Shown one piece after another: positions 27,117-40,358 of a DNA stretch of 64,000 bases. Made by a program: the position numbers and the translations under genes. Position 1 is the first letter of the stretch. Every line of letters starts with the position of its first letter. The stretch lies in NCBI RefSeq assembly GCF_006345805.1, contig NC_043008.1, positions 54,064,001 to 54,128,000 of the forward strand, read 5' to 3'. The stretch is from Octopus sinensis (lineage: Eukaryota). The notes beneath the pieces were generated by a model. The model was not told the origin of the DNA. It was given only the letters and a program-made list of their open reading frames with translations, and ran no database searches.

Positions 27117-28195
27117 TATTATTATTGTTGTTGTTGTTGTTCTTGTTCTTGTTCTTGTTGTTGTTGTTCTTGTTATTATTATTCCTTCGTAACAGTGTAG
27201 GTAAAAATGCACCGGAGTCTTTCGTTATCTGTCAAGTCACAAAAAGGACCTCAGGCAGATAATACTTTCCTTACGATGTGCACTGTGCCCAATAAGGTTG
27301 CTTTTTGCGAGACATCAATTTTGCACGGGATTTCCAGTTGCCTTAAGAAGTTTCGAAGTTTCAATGGGATTGAGCCCAACACTTCAGTCACCACTGGCAT
27401 CGCTTTTACATTACCCTCTCGCTTTTACATTATCCTCAGTGTATAAATCTTCATCAACATATTCTACAGTCTTGCCATTTCCACTTTCAATTCGGAGTAC
27501 TTGGTGGCTTTTTCAACTTCTTTACTCACAACATTCATGTCATTTGGTATGGTTACATCAATGATCTAACAGTATTTGTTTCTCTTATTCAATATGACAA
27601 TATCCGGCCGACTGTGTTCGATTACACGGGCCGTCTGAAAATCATAGTCCCAGAGTATCGTTACATTTCCATCCTCCTGTATAACTTTACTTGGTACATG
27701 CTCATATCAATTCTCTGTTACTTTATATTGGTATTTACGGTATAAGAGCTAATGAAGATACACACACACACACCACACACACATATGATCGTGGCGGCGT
27801 TTGTATTCTTTTTGTGCAAGGCTCTCACATTCACTTACCAAGTGGGTCAAATTTTCCACACTCTTTCCACAGAGTCTGCATTTCTGGGTGTCAGAAGTTT
27901 TATACATGTTATACTTCACCGAATTGGGTGTCAGAAGTTTTATAGATGTTATACTTCACCGAATTGGTAGCGAGAGCCTGGTCTTGTGCATCAATGATCA
28001 GGCTTTTGGTGGAACGCTTCAAATCAACTCGCTCAAGCCATGCCCACGATGCTGTATTATCCTTAACGTCTCGTGTATTGCCTTCAAACTGTCTATGCAT
28101 TCTCATTTCAAGAAGGGGCTTCTTTTCTCTTCTCCTCAGCTCTTTGGTTAAACTCTGCCTCGCCCATCATTTCATCTGCATTTACACCCATCTTT
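27117..28195 (-). mobile_element. R4/Dong-clade LINE 3' fragment (CCHC knuckle plus restriction-like endonuclease), pseudogenised
   Basis: My translation of the minus strand: MHRQF...SWAWLERVDLKRSTKSLIIDAQDQALATN...KCRLCGKSVENLTHLVSECESLAQKEYKRRHD...YEHVPSKVI...ILWDYDFQT..IEHSRPDIVILNK...IIDVTIP..KEVEKATKYSEL...LLGTVHIVRKVL; (AAT/AAC)n tail. Confidence 0.92.
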
Positions 28196-28197
28196 GG

Positions 28198-29736
28198 AAC
28201 ACAAACAAGTGAAAGAACCGGTGGATTTCTTTGCCGCCTCACCTATAACCAGCGAGGCAGTCACGTTAGATTACATCGACATTAATGAAGAAGATATACT
28301 ACTAGCCATAGATGAGGTGGACGCAGACTCAACTGCTGGCCCTGATGGTTTCCCAGAAATCCTCCTCATATCATATAAGAAGTGCCCTGGAGAAACCACA
28401 ACTGATTTTCTTCCAGAGTTTTCTTGCAAATGGCAGGATGCCAAGCAAAGTAAAGGAAGGAATAATATGCCCAATCCATAATGGAGGAAGCAAAGCAGAT
28501 GCCAAAAACTATAGGCCTATCTCTCTGACTTCAAACATCAGCAAAGTCATAGAATGGATAGTCAGAGGCAAACTAATTGCATTCCTTGAAGAAATCGATT
28601 TGCTGAGTGATACCCAGCATGGCTTTCGACCAGGTAGGAGCTGACTGACCCAGCTCCTACAGAACAATGTCTGGATGTTGAGGCAGTTACTAAACAACCC
28701 AAATGGGGGACGTAATATACTTTGATTTTGCAAAAGCTTTTGAGAAAGTGAAACATGGTATGACATTCCACAAACTGTGTGATCTCGGTATAGCTGGAAA
28801 ACTTGGAGAGTGGTTACGTGACTTTCTGAAAGACAGAAGTCAGGCAGTAGTGACCAATGGAGTCACCTCAAAGCAAACACAAATAGTGAGGGGGTATTCC
28901 ACAGGGCACTGTCTTGGGACTACTGCTTTACATTATGGCCCTCTCAGATATGCCCTCAGTTTCCCGGATAGCCACCCTTGTTAGCTACGCAGACGATACG
29001 AAAGTGTCCCAGAAAATACAGAACCCCAGCGATGTTGCACACCTGCAGAAGGAGTTGGACTCAATTTACAGATAGGCTGAGGAAAATAACATGCAGTTTA
29101 ATGCTGGAAAATTCCAAGCTCTGTGCTACCAGCAACAAAAACTGAATATAAAACTTACAGGGTACACTGGCCCACAGGGCATTACAATCCCAGAGCCTAA
29201 ATCAGTGTAGGCCCTGGGTATCGACATGAGTGATGATACCTCTTTCTAAGTGCACCTTGCCAGGATGGCAATGTACAGACGATTGGCTGGATGGATCCTG
29301 AGAATGGGACAGATATGCAGTAATATACAGCTGGAAGATCCTGGAAAGGATTGTACCAAATTTTGGTATTGAAAGCTACACAAATACCAGAACGGGTCAC
29401 CACTCCACAGTGTCAATCCCAGCAATGCCATCGCGCTTCAAGACCAGTTAATGCAACAGCTTGGGTTTCAAAGGCCCACAGCTTTTTAATATTCTCTCAA
29501 AGAGCCTGAGAGACCTACACAAAGTGGATGTAGGTGCTTTCGAATCAAACTTGAATCTCTTCCTGTCGACAGTCTCAGATGAATCTACCTTGTGGCAGGG
29601 GGTGCAAATGAGGGTAGCGACATCAAACTCCCTTATTTACCAAATGCCACATATCAGAGAAGGATCTCAATAATAACAGTGTAGCAAAATGGTGGTACCC
29701 CAGCATGGCCACATCTTTGAGCTGAAACTAATAAAA
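28198..29736 (+). mobile_element. CR1/L2/Jockey-group LINE, 5'-truncated, RT pseudogene
   Basis: AGPDGFP, NYRPISLTSNISK, QHGFRPGRS, DFAKAFEKV, YADD (tacgcagacgat, 28986-28997), NMQFNAGKFQ; many frameshifts. Confidence 0.95.
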
Positions 29737-29800
29737 CATAGAACATATACATATATATATAAACACACGCATATATGTATGTATTACGTATGTGTGTATG

Positions 29801-29851
<51 letters not shown>

Positions 29852-29861
29852 TATATATATA

Positions 29862-29916
<55 letters not shown>

Positions 29917-29972
29917 CATTTATATACATTTACGTATGTGTGTATTTATATATGTATGATTTACATACATGC

Positions 29973-30051
<79 letters not shown>

Positions 30052-30211
30052 GTAGGCATATATGTAATTAAGTACATTTACAACGATAAATGTGTGAACT
30101 GGCGAATGAAAGCCTTTAATTAAATATAAGTATATATATATATATATATATCTTATGTGCGTGTATGTGTATATGTATGTGTATATATATATAATATATA
30201 TATATATATAT

Positions 30212-30254
<43 letters not shown>

Positions 30255-31054
30255 GGTAAGTAGGTAGGTAGGTAAGTAGGTAGGTAGGTAGGTAGGTGGG
30301 TAGGTAGGTAGGTAGGCAGGTAGGTGTATACAGGAGAAATATGTACATTAATGATGATAATAATGATGATGATGATGATGATGATGGTGATGATGTAGAC
30401 GATGCCAGATGATGAAAAATGATGAAAATGATGTATATGATGACGTAGGTGGACGTCTTCATCGCATCTAGGTTCGCTTTGCTTTGTCTTTTCTGGTTTC
30501 TTTTTTTTTTTCTTGTTGTTTTTAATCAAACTGCGGCAGCTGTCCTCGTCTGAATAGACGAATGTTCACCGCAAGCTTCTCATTCCCCTTCTTCTATATA
30601 TTACAAACTTCACCCAATTGTATTTAATGAAGAATATCAAGAATTTTTCATATCTAAATTGCACAGAAATGAAATATTGCCGTTATTTTTCTTTTATACT
30701 CGATTTACTTTAGAGGAAACTAGTGCAGCGTTATATAAAACTACCTACTGCTACCATCACCACTGTTATTAGTGAGACTAGTACTACTACTACTAATACA
30801 TTGCTATTTCTTCTACATTTTATCGTATTTGGGGTTGGTTTTAAAATAAAAACACATTTGCAAAGTTCTTCGTATTGTTTATAATGTTCGTGTACCCCGC
30901 TTTTTTGCTTTTTTCGCTTTCGCTCTTTTTCTTTCATCCGCTACTGCTTTTTATTCTCCTCCTTATTCTTCTCACTACTACTAATACTACTACTAATACT
31001 ACTACTACTACTACTACCACCACCACCACTACTACTACTACTAATACTACCACC

Positions 31055-31094
<40 letters not shown>

Positions 31095-31638
31095 TCGTTA
31101 TTGTTATACTTTTTGCGATTAAATTTATATTTTTAATGTCTTTTTATAAACAAATTTTTTTTTAATTCCTTGTTTCTTTCTCTTTTTTTGTTTTTTTTTG
31201 TTTAAATTTATGAGGATTTTTTTTCCCCTGTCTTTATGTTTTTCGTTCTTTATCTTTGAGTACCTTTTGCTCTCGAAATAGTTTCTCTTGAGAAGAAAAA
31301 CAAAAAAGAAAACAACTAAACAAAAAATATAATTTCGTTTCATTTTATTATATTTGGCTTTTTTTTCTATTTTGTCATGTTTTGTTTGTTTTTATGCAAA
31401 ATTTTTGTTTGCTTTTCTTTTCTTGTTTATTTCATTTTTCATTTTCTTTTCTTACTTATTTATAATTTCTATTTAATTTATTTATTTATTTTTTTGTCGG
31501 GAAAAATATTTTCTAAACCAATTATTCCATCCAAACTAATAGAATTTTTCATGTTTTGTAAAACATTTTTCAGTTAAAAATTTGTTCTTTAGTCAGTTAT
31601 TCTTTGTATACTATTACAACAACAACTACTACTACTAT

Positions 31639-31675
<37 letters not shown>

Positions 31676-31787
31676 AATACTGCTGCTGCTGCTGATGATG
31701 ATGATGAGGAGGAGGAGGAGGAGGAGGAGAATACTTACACCGGTAATAATAGTAGTAGCAGCGGTGGTCGTAATAGTAGTAGTAGTA

Positions 31788-31846
<59 letters not shown>

Positions 31847-33409
31847 TTCTCCTTTATTTGCTCACTAAGGGCTCATTTATACACGCAATGAAAGCATTAT
31901 ACGTAGGGCTTACAAAACGTGTGGTGGTAGACAAATAAAATTACATTTTAAAAAAAGCACCTAAGGATAAAGAAATGCAATAAAACATAATTGTTTAAGG
32001 GGAAAAAGCATTATATAATTTATCTAACAGGAAAACACTTCGAGTAACTCATCCGTGAATGGTAATTCAGTAATTAGGTTGGGTCAGGGTACCCTGCTTT
32101 TCTACCTCTCGACCCCTACCAGAAAGCTTGTTCCCACGTCGAATGAATCCATGTGCAATTTGGATATGGGAGTGAGTAGGAAGAGACCAAAGTTTTTTTT
32201 CTGGTAGTTCAGGTATATTTTTCAATAAGCTATTTATGCGGTTTTCACATTCTATCTTTTGAATGCTCCCTGTAATCTGTTTCACACTTCTTCACAAACC
32301 AGAACAGTTTTTCGATTCCGTTTTCCTCTCGGAGATCATTTTCGAAGTCCATCAAATATTTATAGGGCAGTGATCTTTATGGCTTCTGTGAGAGTTTCTT
32401 CTGGGATAGGAATGGACCTCATTTATCTATACAGTAGCCTTCTCTTGGAACTGGTTTTTCTTCTTCGTGACTTCCTCTTCTACTCTTTGCACTTTTCCTA
32501 GTTGCTTTCCACGCTCGCTCACGTTCCACATCCTCCTCATTGACATGATAGGATGGCACCATTGTTCAGCACCATTTTTCAGAAAAGGGGACCTCTGTTT
32601 GTTAACTTTCAGTCTTGAGTACAAGATGGGCTTTCCGACCATCTTTGGAGCTTCACCCACAGCAACCTCCAACATATGCTGATGTTACTGTTGTCGCTGC
32701 TGTCTCTCATTTCTTTCTCCATACCTCACTCCATCCCTCTTCCTATCCCTTTCTTCATCCCTCTTTCCATTTTTCTCTCACTGCCTCTCTCCATTCCTCT
32801 CTTCATCCCTCTTTCACATTTTCTCTTGCTCTCCTTCTCTTTGCCCTTCCAGTTCTTCAGAAAACCCTCAAAAGGCATTTACTGCCAGGTTTTCTGTTCT
32901 GCATTGCTTTTCTCATTACTTTTCTATCTGCACCCAGAAAATTTGACTGACGCACCTTTAGCACTTACTTATTATTTCCATAAACATTACTTGAAAATTA
33001 AAAAACACTAAAACTTACTTAAAATTCCAGTATACCACACTCATTAAAGTTTTCCTGCGAAATCAACATTTTATTTTAATTAACAGAGATTTGCCATTAT
33101 TCTCTAATCAAAAGACAAAACAAAACTCAGCGAAGGATTTTATCACGTTTTTCAGTGATGTGCGAATGCGATGTGAGAAGAATCTCTTAAACTTTTCTTA
33201 TTTCAGCCTCAGATTTCATAATGCTTGCTATGATGGAATCGCATGTCAAACGCTTGCTTGGGGTGTTGCTTCACCATCGTCGTCATCTTCGTCATCTCAT
33301 CGTTGTTGTTGTAGTTGCTTTGATTATTGTTATTGTTTAGTTCTCAAGTGAGCTCTCGTTGAGAGAATCTACGGTCTGTGGACTTAATTTGCGGTCCGAT
33401 TTAACACAT

Positions 33410-34100
33410 CTCTTGGTCATTGGATACTTATTGCAGTCCATTCACTTGCAGGCATTCGGGTTACGGTTTCCCATCTGATGACAACTTCCTCTCTTTCCAC
33501 CATTTACACAACATGGCAAGCCCTAATAGGTCACTTTAGCGGTGTCCTTCCTCTTCTAACTAAAATACTTTTAAAATAAGAAAAGATGTTCAAGACTTGG
33601 GGGTATTTCCATAAGTCTGGAACTAATTATCTCATATCTTTTGCTAATTTTTTTTACAATGATGGAGTATGATCAAAAGAAAGTTTAGCAGATATTTCTA
33701 GCAGTTCAGTGGCTCACTCAAAAACCTTCAAGCATGAAGAGGAATACGTCCTGCAGTGGGCTGCTAAATCTTGCCTTTTCATTTTTTTTATATCAGGTAA
33801 ATTTTGTCCTCAGGCATTGCTAGCCGGATACTTTCTGTTGGTAGTTCTCCAGTCTGAGAATAAATGCTTTCCTTCTTTACTTAGTGTCGGAGGCTCTGCG
33901 AAATAATCATGTAATTCTATCGTTAGAAATTTTCTTTCTTAAATGCGAAATAAAAGGAAAATTATGTGCAGGCATAGCTGTGAGGTTAAGACGTTCGCTT
34001 CGCAACCATGTTGTTTCGAGTTCTGTCCCACTGCATGTTCTGGTATTCCCCGGGAGCGATCAGTAGCTTGATATTGGGTTTGATTGACAGAAAGTTCGTC

Positions 34101-34139
<39 letters not shown>

Positions 34140-34318
34140 GTGTGTGTGTGTGTGTGTGCGTGTGTGTGCGTGTGTGTATTGATTTAAGGATTTCATTGTT
34201 CAATTAAATGGAGTTGCATGAAACGATCGTACTGCATTACCTCTGGATATCCTTGTTGCTTATTTTGATTTACACACACACACACACACATATATATATT
34301 ATATATATATATATATAT

Positions 34319-34362
<44 letters not shown>

Positions 34363-34671
34363 TTATATATTATATGTATGTATATATATATATTAATATA
34401 TATATGTATATATATATATGTATATATAAAAAAAATTTGCAAGAGATATGAGATAATTAGTTCCAGACTTATGGAAATACCCCCAAGTCTTGAACATATT
34501 TTCTTATTTTAAAAGCATTTCAGTTAGAAGAGGAAGGACACTGCTAAAGTGACCTATTAGGGCTTGCCATATTGTGTAAATGGTGGAAAGAAGAAGTTGT
34601 CATCAGATGGGAAACCGTAACCCGAATGCTTGTAAGTGAATGGACAGCAATAAGTATCCAATGACCAAGAG
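33410..34671. repeat. ~245-bp inverted duplication (33410-33655 / 34428-34671)
   Basis: The arms are reverse complements with scattered mismatches (>90% identical by eye). Confidence 0.92.
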
Positions 34672-35252
34672 GGCTCTCACTAAACAAATTGAAGGCATGG
34701 CTGCTCCCGATTATTGGGATCGCCTTAAAGCCTTGAAACTTTACTCCCTCCAGCGTCGCCGTGAGCGGTACATCATTTGTACGATGTGGAAAATATACCG
34801 CCAACTTTGCCCAAACGACCTAAACATTAGCTTCAAGGTTCATCCAAGACTTGGACCACGGCTATACGTCCCCTGCCCAATTCAATATCACAACATACAT
34901 GTACACTGCAACATAATTTCTTTTCCTCAACACAGCCCTGCCCTATTTAACATTGTCCCGAGGGAGATCAAAGAGGAAAAGGATCTCATCAACTTTAACA
35001 GAGTCTGGATAGATTCCTTCAAAGAATACCAGATAAGCCACCCATAATTGGATACAACTCACCCAACAAGACTCACTACTTGAACAAAACTGGATACAAC
35101 TCACCCAACAAGAACTCACTACTTGAACAAAACTTGACTTAAACAAAACTTGACTTAAACAGGATTCGAATAATCCTATCAGGTGGTGCTATTAAGTTAG
35201 ACATGGCCTGGACCAATCTTTGGTCGAAACATATCTAAGTTTATCTAAGTTT
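34672..35252 (+). mobile_element. CR1/L2-group LINE 3' fragment
   Basis: RALTKQIEGM..DYWDRLKALKLYSLQRRRERYII..WKI..CPNDL..HPRLG; tail caggtggtgctattaagttagacatggcc plus atctaagtt units; internal 42-bp and 16-bp tandem duplications at ~35050-35160. Confidence 0.9.
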
Positions 35253-35269
35253 ATATGTATATATATATA

Positions 35270-35335
<66 letters not shown>

Positions 35336-36840
35336 TGTATATATATATATATTATTATATGTATATATATATATGTATATATATTATGTATATATATATA
35401 TATATATGTATATATATGTATATATATATGTATATATATATATATGTATATATATGTATGTGTGTATATGTATATATATGTATATATATATGTGTGTATA
35501 TGTATATATATATATGAGTGTATATTTATATATATACGTGTATGTATGTATGTACGTATGTAAGTATGTGATATGTAGGCGACCGACTGGGAGATGGAAG
35601 AAGCAGGTTAAGGAGGGGGTCGACACCTTTGAAAAGCACATATTCTTCATGAAGACTTTAAGCGTACTGCTCGAAAGCGCACTGCTAGTGTAGTGAATGG
35701 GGAAAGCTTGGTTTGCAATGTTTGCAGTCGAGTATTCTCGTCAAGAGCAGGGCTCTGTAGCCACCAACTGCAAAATATAAGAGCGTATAATGTTCCTAAA
35801 GTTCAGCAATGGTCTTGCTCGGTCACAAGTGAACGGCCATCATGTATGTATGCATGCATGTATGCATGTATGTATCTGTATTTATGCATGTATTCATGTC
35901 TGTGCGTGTTCATGGCTTTGTGTTTGTTCCTGCTACCCCCACCGCTTGACAAAGGGTGTTGGTCTGTATACGTCTCCGTGACGTAGCGGTTTGGCACAAA
36001 GAGAACGATAAAAAAAAAGTACCAGACTTCAACTAAGCACTAGGATCGATTTGTTCAATTATCCATACAAGGTGGTTTTTCAACGTGGCCGCTGTCCAGT
36101 CACTGAAAGAATATTCTAAAACAGAAAATATAATATAAACAGGATGTATTGTGCGAGACAGCTAATTTGGCGTCGATCTGATACAAACGTATTTGATGCT
36201 ATGCGGTAAAGCTGAGGTCGTATAATTTACGAGACAGGTGGTGTTGTTGAGTGGAACGGGTGCAGAGGAAGCTATGGAAAACGATTAAACTACATTACGT
36301 GTGACAAGAATATATTTGAAGTGATGTAATTTCTAAGAAGCTTGAATATTTGAAATAGATTCATTAACCATCGAATAAAAACCGCCAATATACACAGCGA
36401 CAAGATTAATTTGGTTCCAAAGAAAATACTCTGCAGTAAAGAAATACATCAGAATGTGAGACAAACAAATAAATAAATAAGAATAGTAAATGAAAATTAA
36501 AAAGAAAAATTTTATATTTTTTTTAGAAATTTTTGAATGAAAATAGAAAAAGTGGACAGGGCGTAACTAACATTAACAATAGCAAACTAAAATCAATACT
36601 ATATGAATAAACTACATCTCTGTACTTAATACATTATATTCTGTTGCACACTTCTTTATTTTGTAAAAGAGCCAGTTGTCACTCGTGAAAGTGTATGGCT
36701 TAGAAACATGTAGCATACTGACTAATTTAAGTCCAGGAATTGAACCCATGACATTATAATCGTGAGCCGAACACCCCTATCCACCAGGTCACACGTATTC
36801 ACTATTTCATTATGGAACATAAACTACTGAGTAATTTTTA

Positions 36841-37077
36841 TCCATTTCTTTACTACCCACAAGGGAATAAACACAGAGAGGGCAAACGAGGACAGACAAA
36901 GGCATTGAGTCGATTATATCGACCCCAGTGCGTAACTGGTACTTAATTTATCGACCCCGAAAAGGATGAAAGGCAAAGTCGACCTCGGCGGAATTTGAAC
37001 TCAGAACGTAACGGCAGACGAAGTACCGCTAAGCATTTCGCCCGGCGTGCTAACGATTCTGCCAGATCACCGCCATT
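36841..37077 (-). mobile_element. SINE family D, full length
   Basis: Family-D sequence; 18-bp TSD actactgagtaattttta at 36823-36840 and 37078-37095. Confidence 0.93.
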
Positions 37078-38180
37078 ACTACTGAGTAATTTTTACCATT
37101 ATTTTCGACGCTAGCCTATCATTTCTGCTTTTCTCCAGTTGAATCCTCTTGAATTTCTTGGAGGGAAAGCCTTCCCCTTGCAGATGCCGCTTTTAATTGT
37201 CATCGATGATTCTCCAGCTTTTCTTGTTTTCCTTTTTTCTAGGTAAGAGTGTTGGCCCAAGGCAAATCCATCTTAACCTCTGAGGAGAGATGGTCTATAT
37301 TTTGTCTAGACTCTGTCCTTTGATTTGTCTTGCATGGGTGGCCCATGTATATATCTGTGTGTATATGCGTGTGTGTAAGACAGAGAGAGGGAAAGTGCAT
37401 ATGTGCGTGTGCGTTGTATTAATAAGAGATTTCTATGTGTGTGTGTATGTGCGTGTTTGGGTGTGTGCGTGTGTGTGTGCCTGTGTGTGTGTGTGTCATT
37501 GTTCAGTTTTATTTCAAGATTTCTAGTCAATAGACAAAGAGCCGGTTTCTAACCTAGATTCAAGGATCCTTCATTAGAATTTCCACATCAACAACATGGT
37601 ATGTATGGTATACATGTATGTAGGTATGTATGTATATGTTCAGAATTGTATGCTTTGCTTTATGCATGTATTCTCATGCATAAAGTTGTATGTCTAGACA
37701 TGCAAATATATATTTAAAGGATAAACTTCTGGGAAAGTTTTACAGATGTTTACAGTTCCATTGATGGATTGGATCTGAAGTCTTCGAATCAGCTTTCTCT
37801 TCTCTGGTTTTGTGAAGCCTAACTTCTCAAGATTTGTATTTAGGCAGAGTGCTACATATCTCTGTACCCCAAAAATTACAGATTGTACATATGTATGCAT
37901 CCATGAGTGTGTGTATACATACACACACATACGTTGATATAAATAATATTGCGCAATTATAACGAAATAATATCTTGTTGCAAATCATTTTCACAGACAG
38001 CTCAAAGAGTGTGAAAAGACATTCGTATTCATATAGTTATAATGGACTACTATGAATCGAACACTCACATACACACACGCGCGTGCCAACGTATCTCTAA
38101 ATATAATTATATATACACATACATATGTGTGTGTATATATGTCTATGTATGTATATATATATTATATATATTATATATAT

Positions 38181-38214
<34 letters not shown>

Positions 38215-38291
38215 GGTGTGTTATATATATGTAAACATGTATTTATATTATAATTATATATATATATATGTGTGTGCATATATACACACAA

Positions 38292-38324
<33 letters not shown>

Positions 38325-38404
38325 ATATATATATGTATGTATTATGTATGTATATATATATGTGTGTGTATGTATGTATATATATATATATTATATGTAT
38401 ATAT

Positions 38405-38810
38405 ATTCCATCAGCATTGCCCAAATGATGTTGGCATCACCTTTAAGGTACATCCAAGGCTTGGGCCCCGTGCCATCCGCCCAAAACAAAAATCGCACTC
38501 TCATCTCATAACCAATACGGCACAATTATTTCACCTCAATTGGCCCCGCTCTCTTTAACATTACACCAAAACACATTAAAACAGAAACTGACCCTATACG
38601 GTTCAAGAAGTCTTTGGACAGATTCCTTCAAGAAATCCCGGATAAACCCCCTACACCTGGATATGTCTCTGTAAACAATAACTCTCTACTTGAGTGGGCC
38701 ATAGTGCCCAAATTCTGACTTGAAAGACTTCACCAGGTGGTGCTATTAAGTTAGACATGGCCTGGGCCAATAATGGCCGAAACCTATCAAAGTATCAAAG
38801 TATCAAAGTA
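38405..38810 (+). mobile_element. LINE 3' fragment, same family as 34672
   Basis: HCPNDVGITFKVHPRLGPRA...SLDRFLQEIPDKP; same 3' tail, ending in (tatcaaag)3. Confidence 0.9.
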
Positions 38811-39606
38811 TGTATGTATATATGTATGTATATATGTATATGTATATATATTCATTTCTATATTGATCTAATAAATATATATGTCTTATTTTCCTGGTGT
38901 CCATTTCACTTCATACAGTGTTTCCGACAAAGAAGATGGTCGTCTGTTTTAAATAATATCAGAGATAGACAAATAATTATATTTCAAACATCGACAAATA
39001 AAATAACAAACCAATATTATTTCACTAAATATTATTGATAGCTGTTTGCACTTATATACTAAAAGCTTAGATACGAAGATTTACACCGGTAGGGTGCAAA
39101 GACAGCGTCATTTCATTCCAATTAACCAAAGCTATAAAATGTACTAACATTGTTTCTCCTTTTGCCACCGTTTGTAAGTTATTCTCGTGTGTTCTTTTAA
39201 GGCAGTTTTATTGTATGAAATATACCTCAGTATCTACATCGCTTGCGGTATTGTACGTCATGATGATTTGTTTTTGGTAGAACACAGTAATTTTCGAAGT
39301 TGTTACAATTGGTTTTGGTTTTCCATTTTGGTTGAAAGCTGCGGTTTCTATTCATATTGTTTATATTGTGATAAGATATATGCTTGCATATATGTACATA
39401 GATACATACAAATATATGTATGTACATGTATATATATGTATGTGTAAATATATATATATATAAATGTACGTATGTACATATATAAGTTTATATATATATA
39501 TGTATATATATATGCATATATATGTGTGTGTGCACGTATATATACATATATATATACATATGCATATGTAAATATGTATATACACACACATATATATACA
39601 CATACT

Positions 39607-40067
39607 TGAAGGAGCATGTTGGGACGTCAATTGACGTTAAATGTCGTTAAATGACATTCCAGACATTCCTGACATTCCAGACATTCCTGGCATTCCAGAC
39701 ATTCCAGACATTCCTTGAAATGACGTGACCTCAAGTGAGGTCGTTAAATGGCGTGCCGTTAAACGACGTTAGGTGATGAAGGAGCGTGGCGTGTCATGTC
39801 ACGAATGTTATATTATGACACGTCACGGAATGGAATGGAATGTCACGTCACGTAACGTCACGGAATGGACATTCCATGACATTCCAGACATTCCATACAT
39901 GGCGTTTCAGACATTCCCTACATTCCAAACATTCCAGACGTGACGTGACATTCCATTCCTTTCCATGACGTGACGTGACACGACTTGACGTGACGTAACA
40001 TGACGTGACATGATATGATGTGACATGACATGACATGACATTCATGACATTCATGACATGACATTCA
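39607..40067. repeat. complex minisatellite of GACATTCCA and GTGAC/ATGAC units with internal fold-back
   Basis: Direct reading; 34-bp inverted arms at 39820-39853 and 39938-39971. Confidence 0.85.
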
Positions 40068-40358
40068 TTGATCATCCTCCCTATGTTAGTGATTTGGTTC
40101 CTTCTGGTTATCATCTGTTTCTCAGTATAGAAAAACACTCAGCTGAGCCCCAATATCGCTATGATGAGAACATCTTATCTGTTGTTGATGACCATTTTAA
40201 TCAACAGAAATGCTTCTTCACCAGTGCGATCCAAGCTTTGCAACTACTTATGGAAGTGTGTGGACAGTAAGAGGAACTATGTTTGAAAATGAAGTTCATT
40301 TGGTCACATTCCATTGAGAGTGTCTTACTCAGATTATGAATATTTCAGCTGACCCTCA
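40068..40358 (+). mobile_element. mariner 3' fragment
   Basis: DHPPYVSDLVPSGYHLF (from HPPYSPDLAPSDYHLF)...IQALQ..CVD; terminal tttcagctgaccctca followed by TA. Confidence 0.88.

Noticed and set aside
32067-32675. Coding-like minus-strand stretch
   Set aside because: Broken by stops and no motif I can identify; possibly an old retroelement.
37139-37242. Possible exon ending AG|GTAAGA
   Set aside because: No recognisable peptide, and the pyrimidine-rich body looks more like intron.
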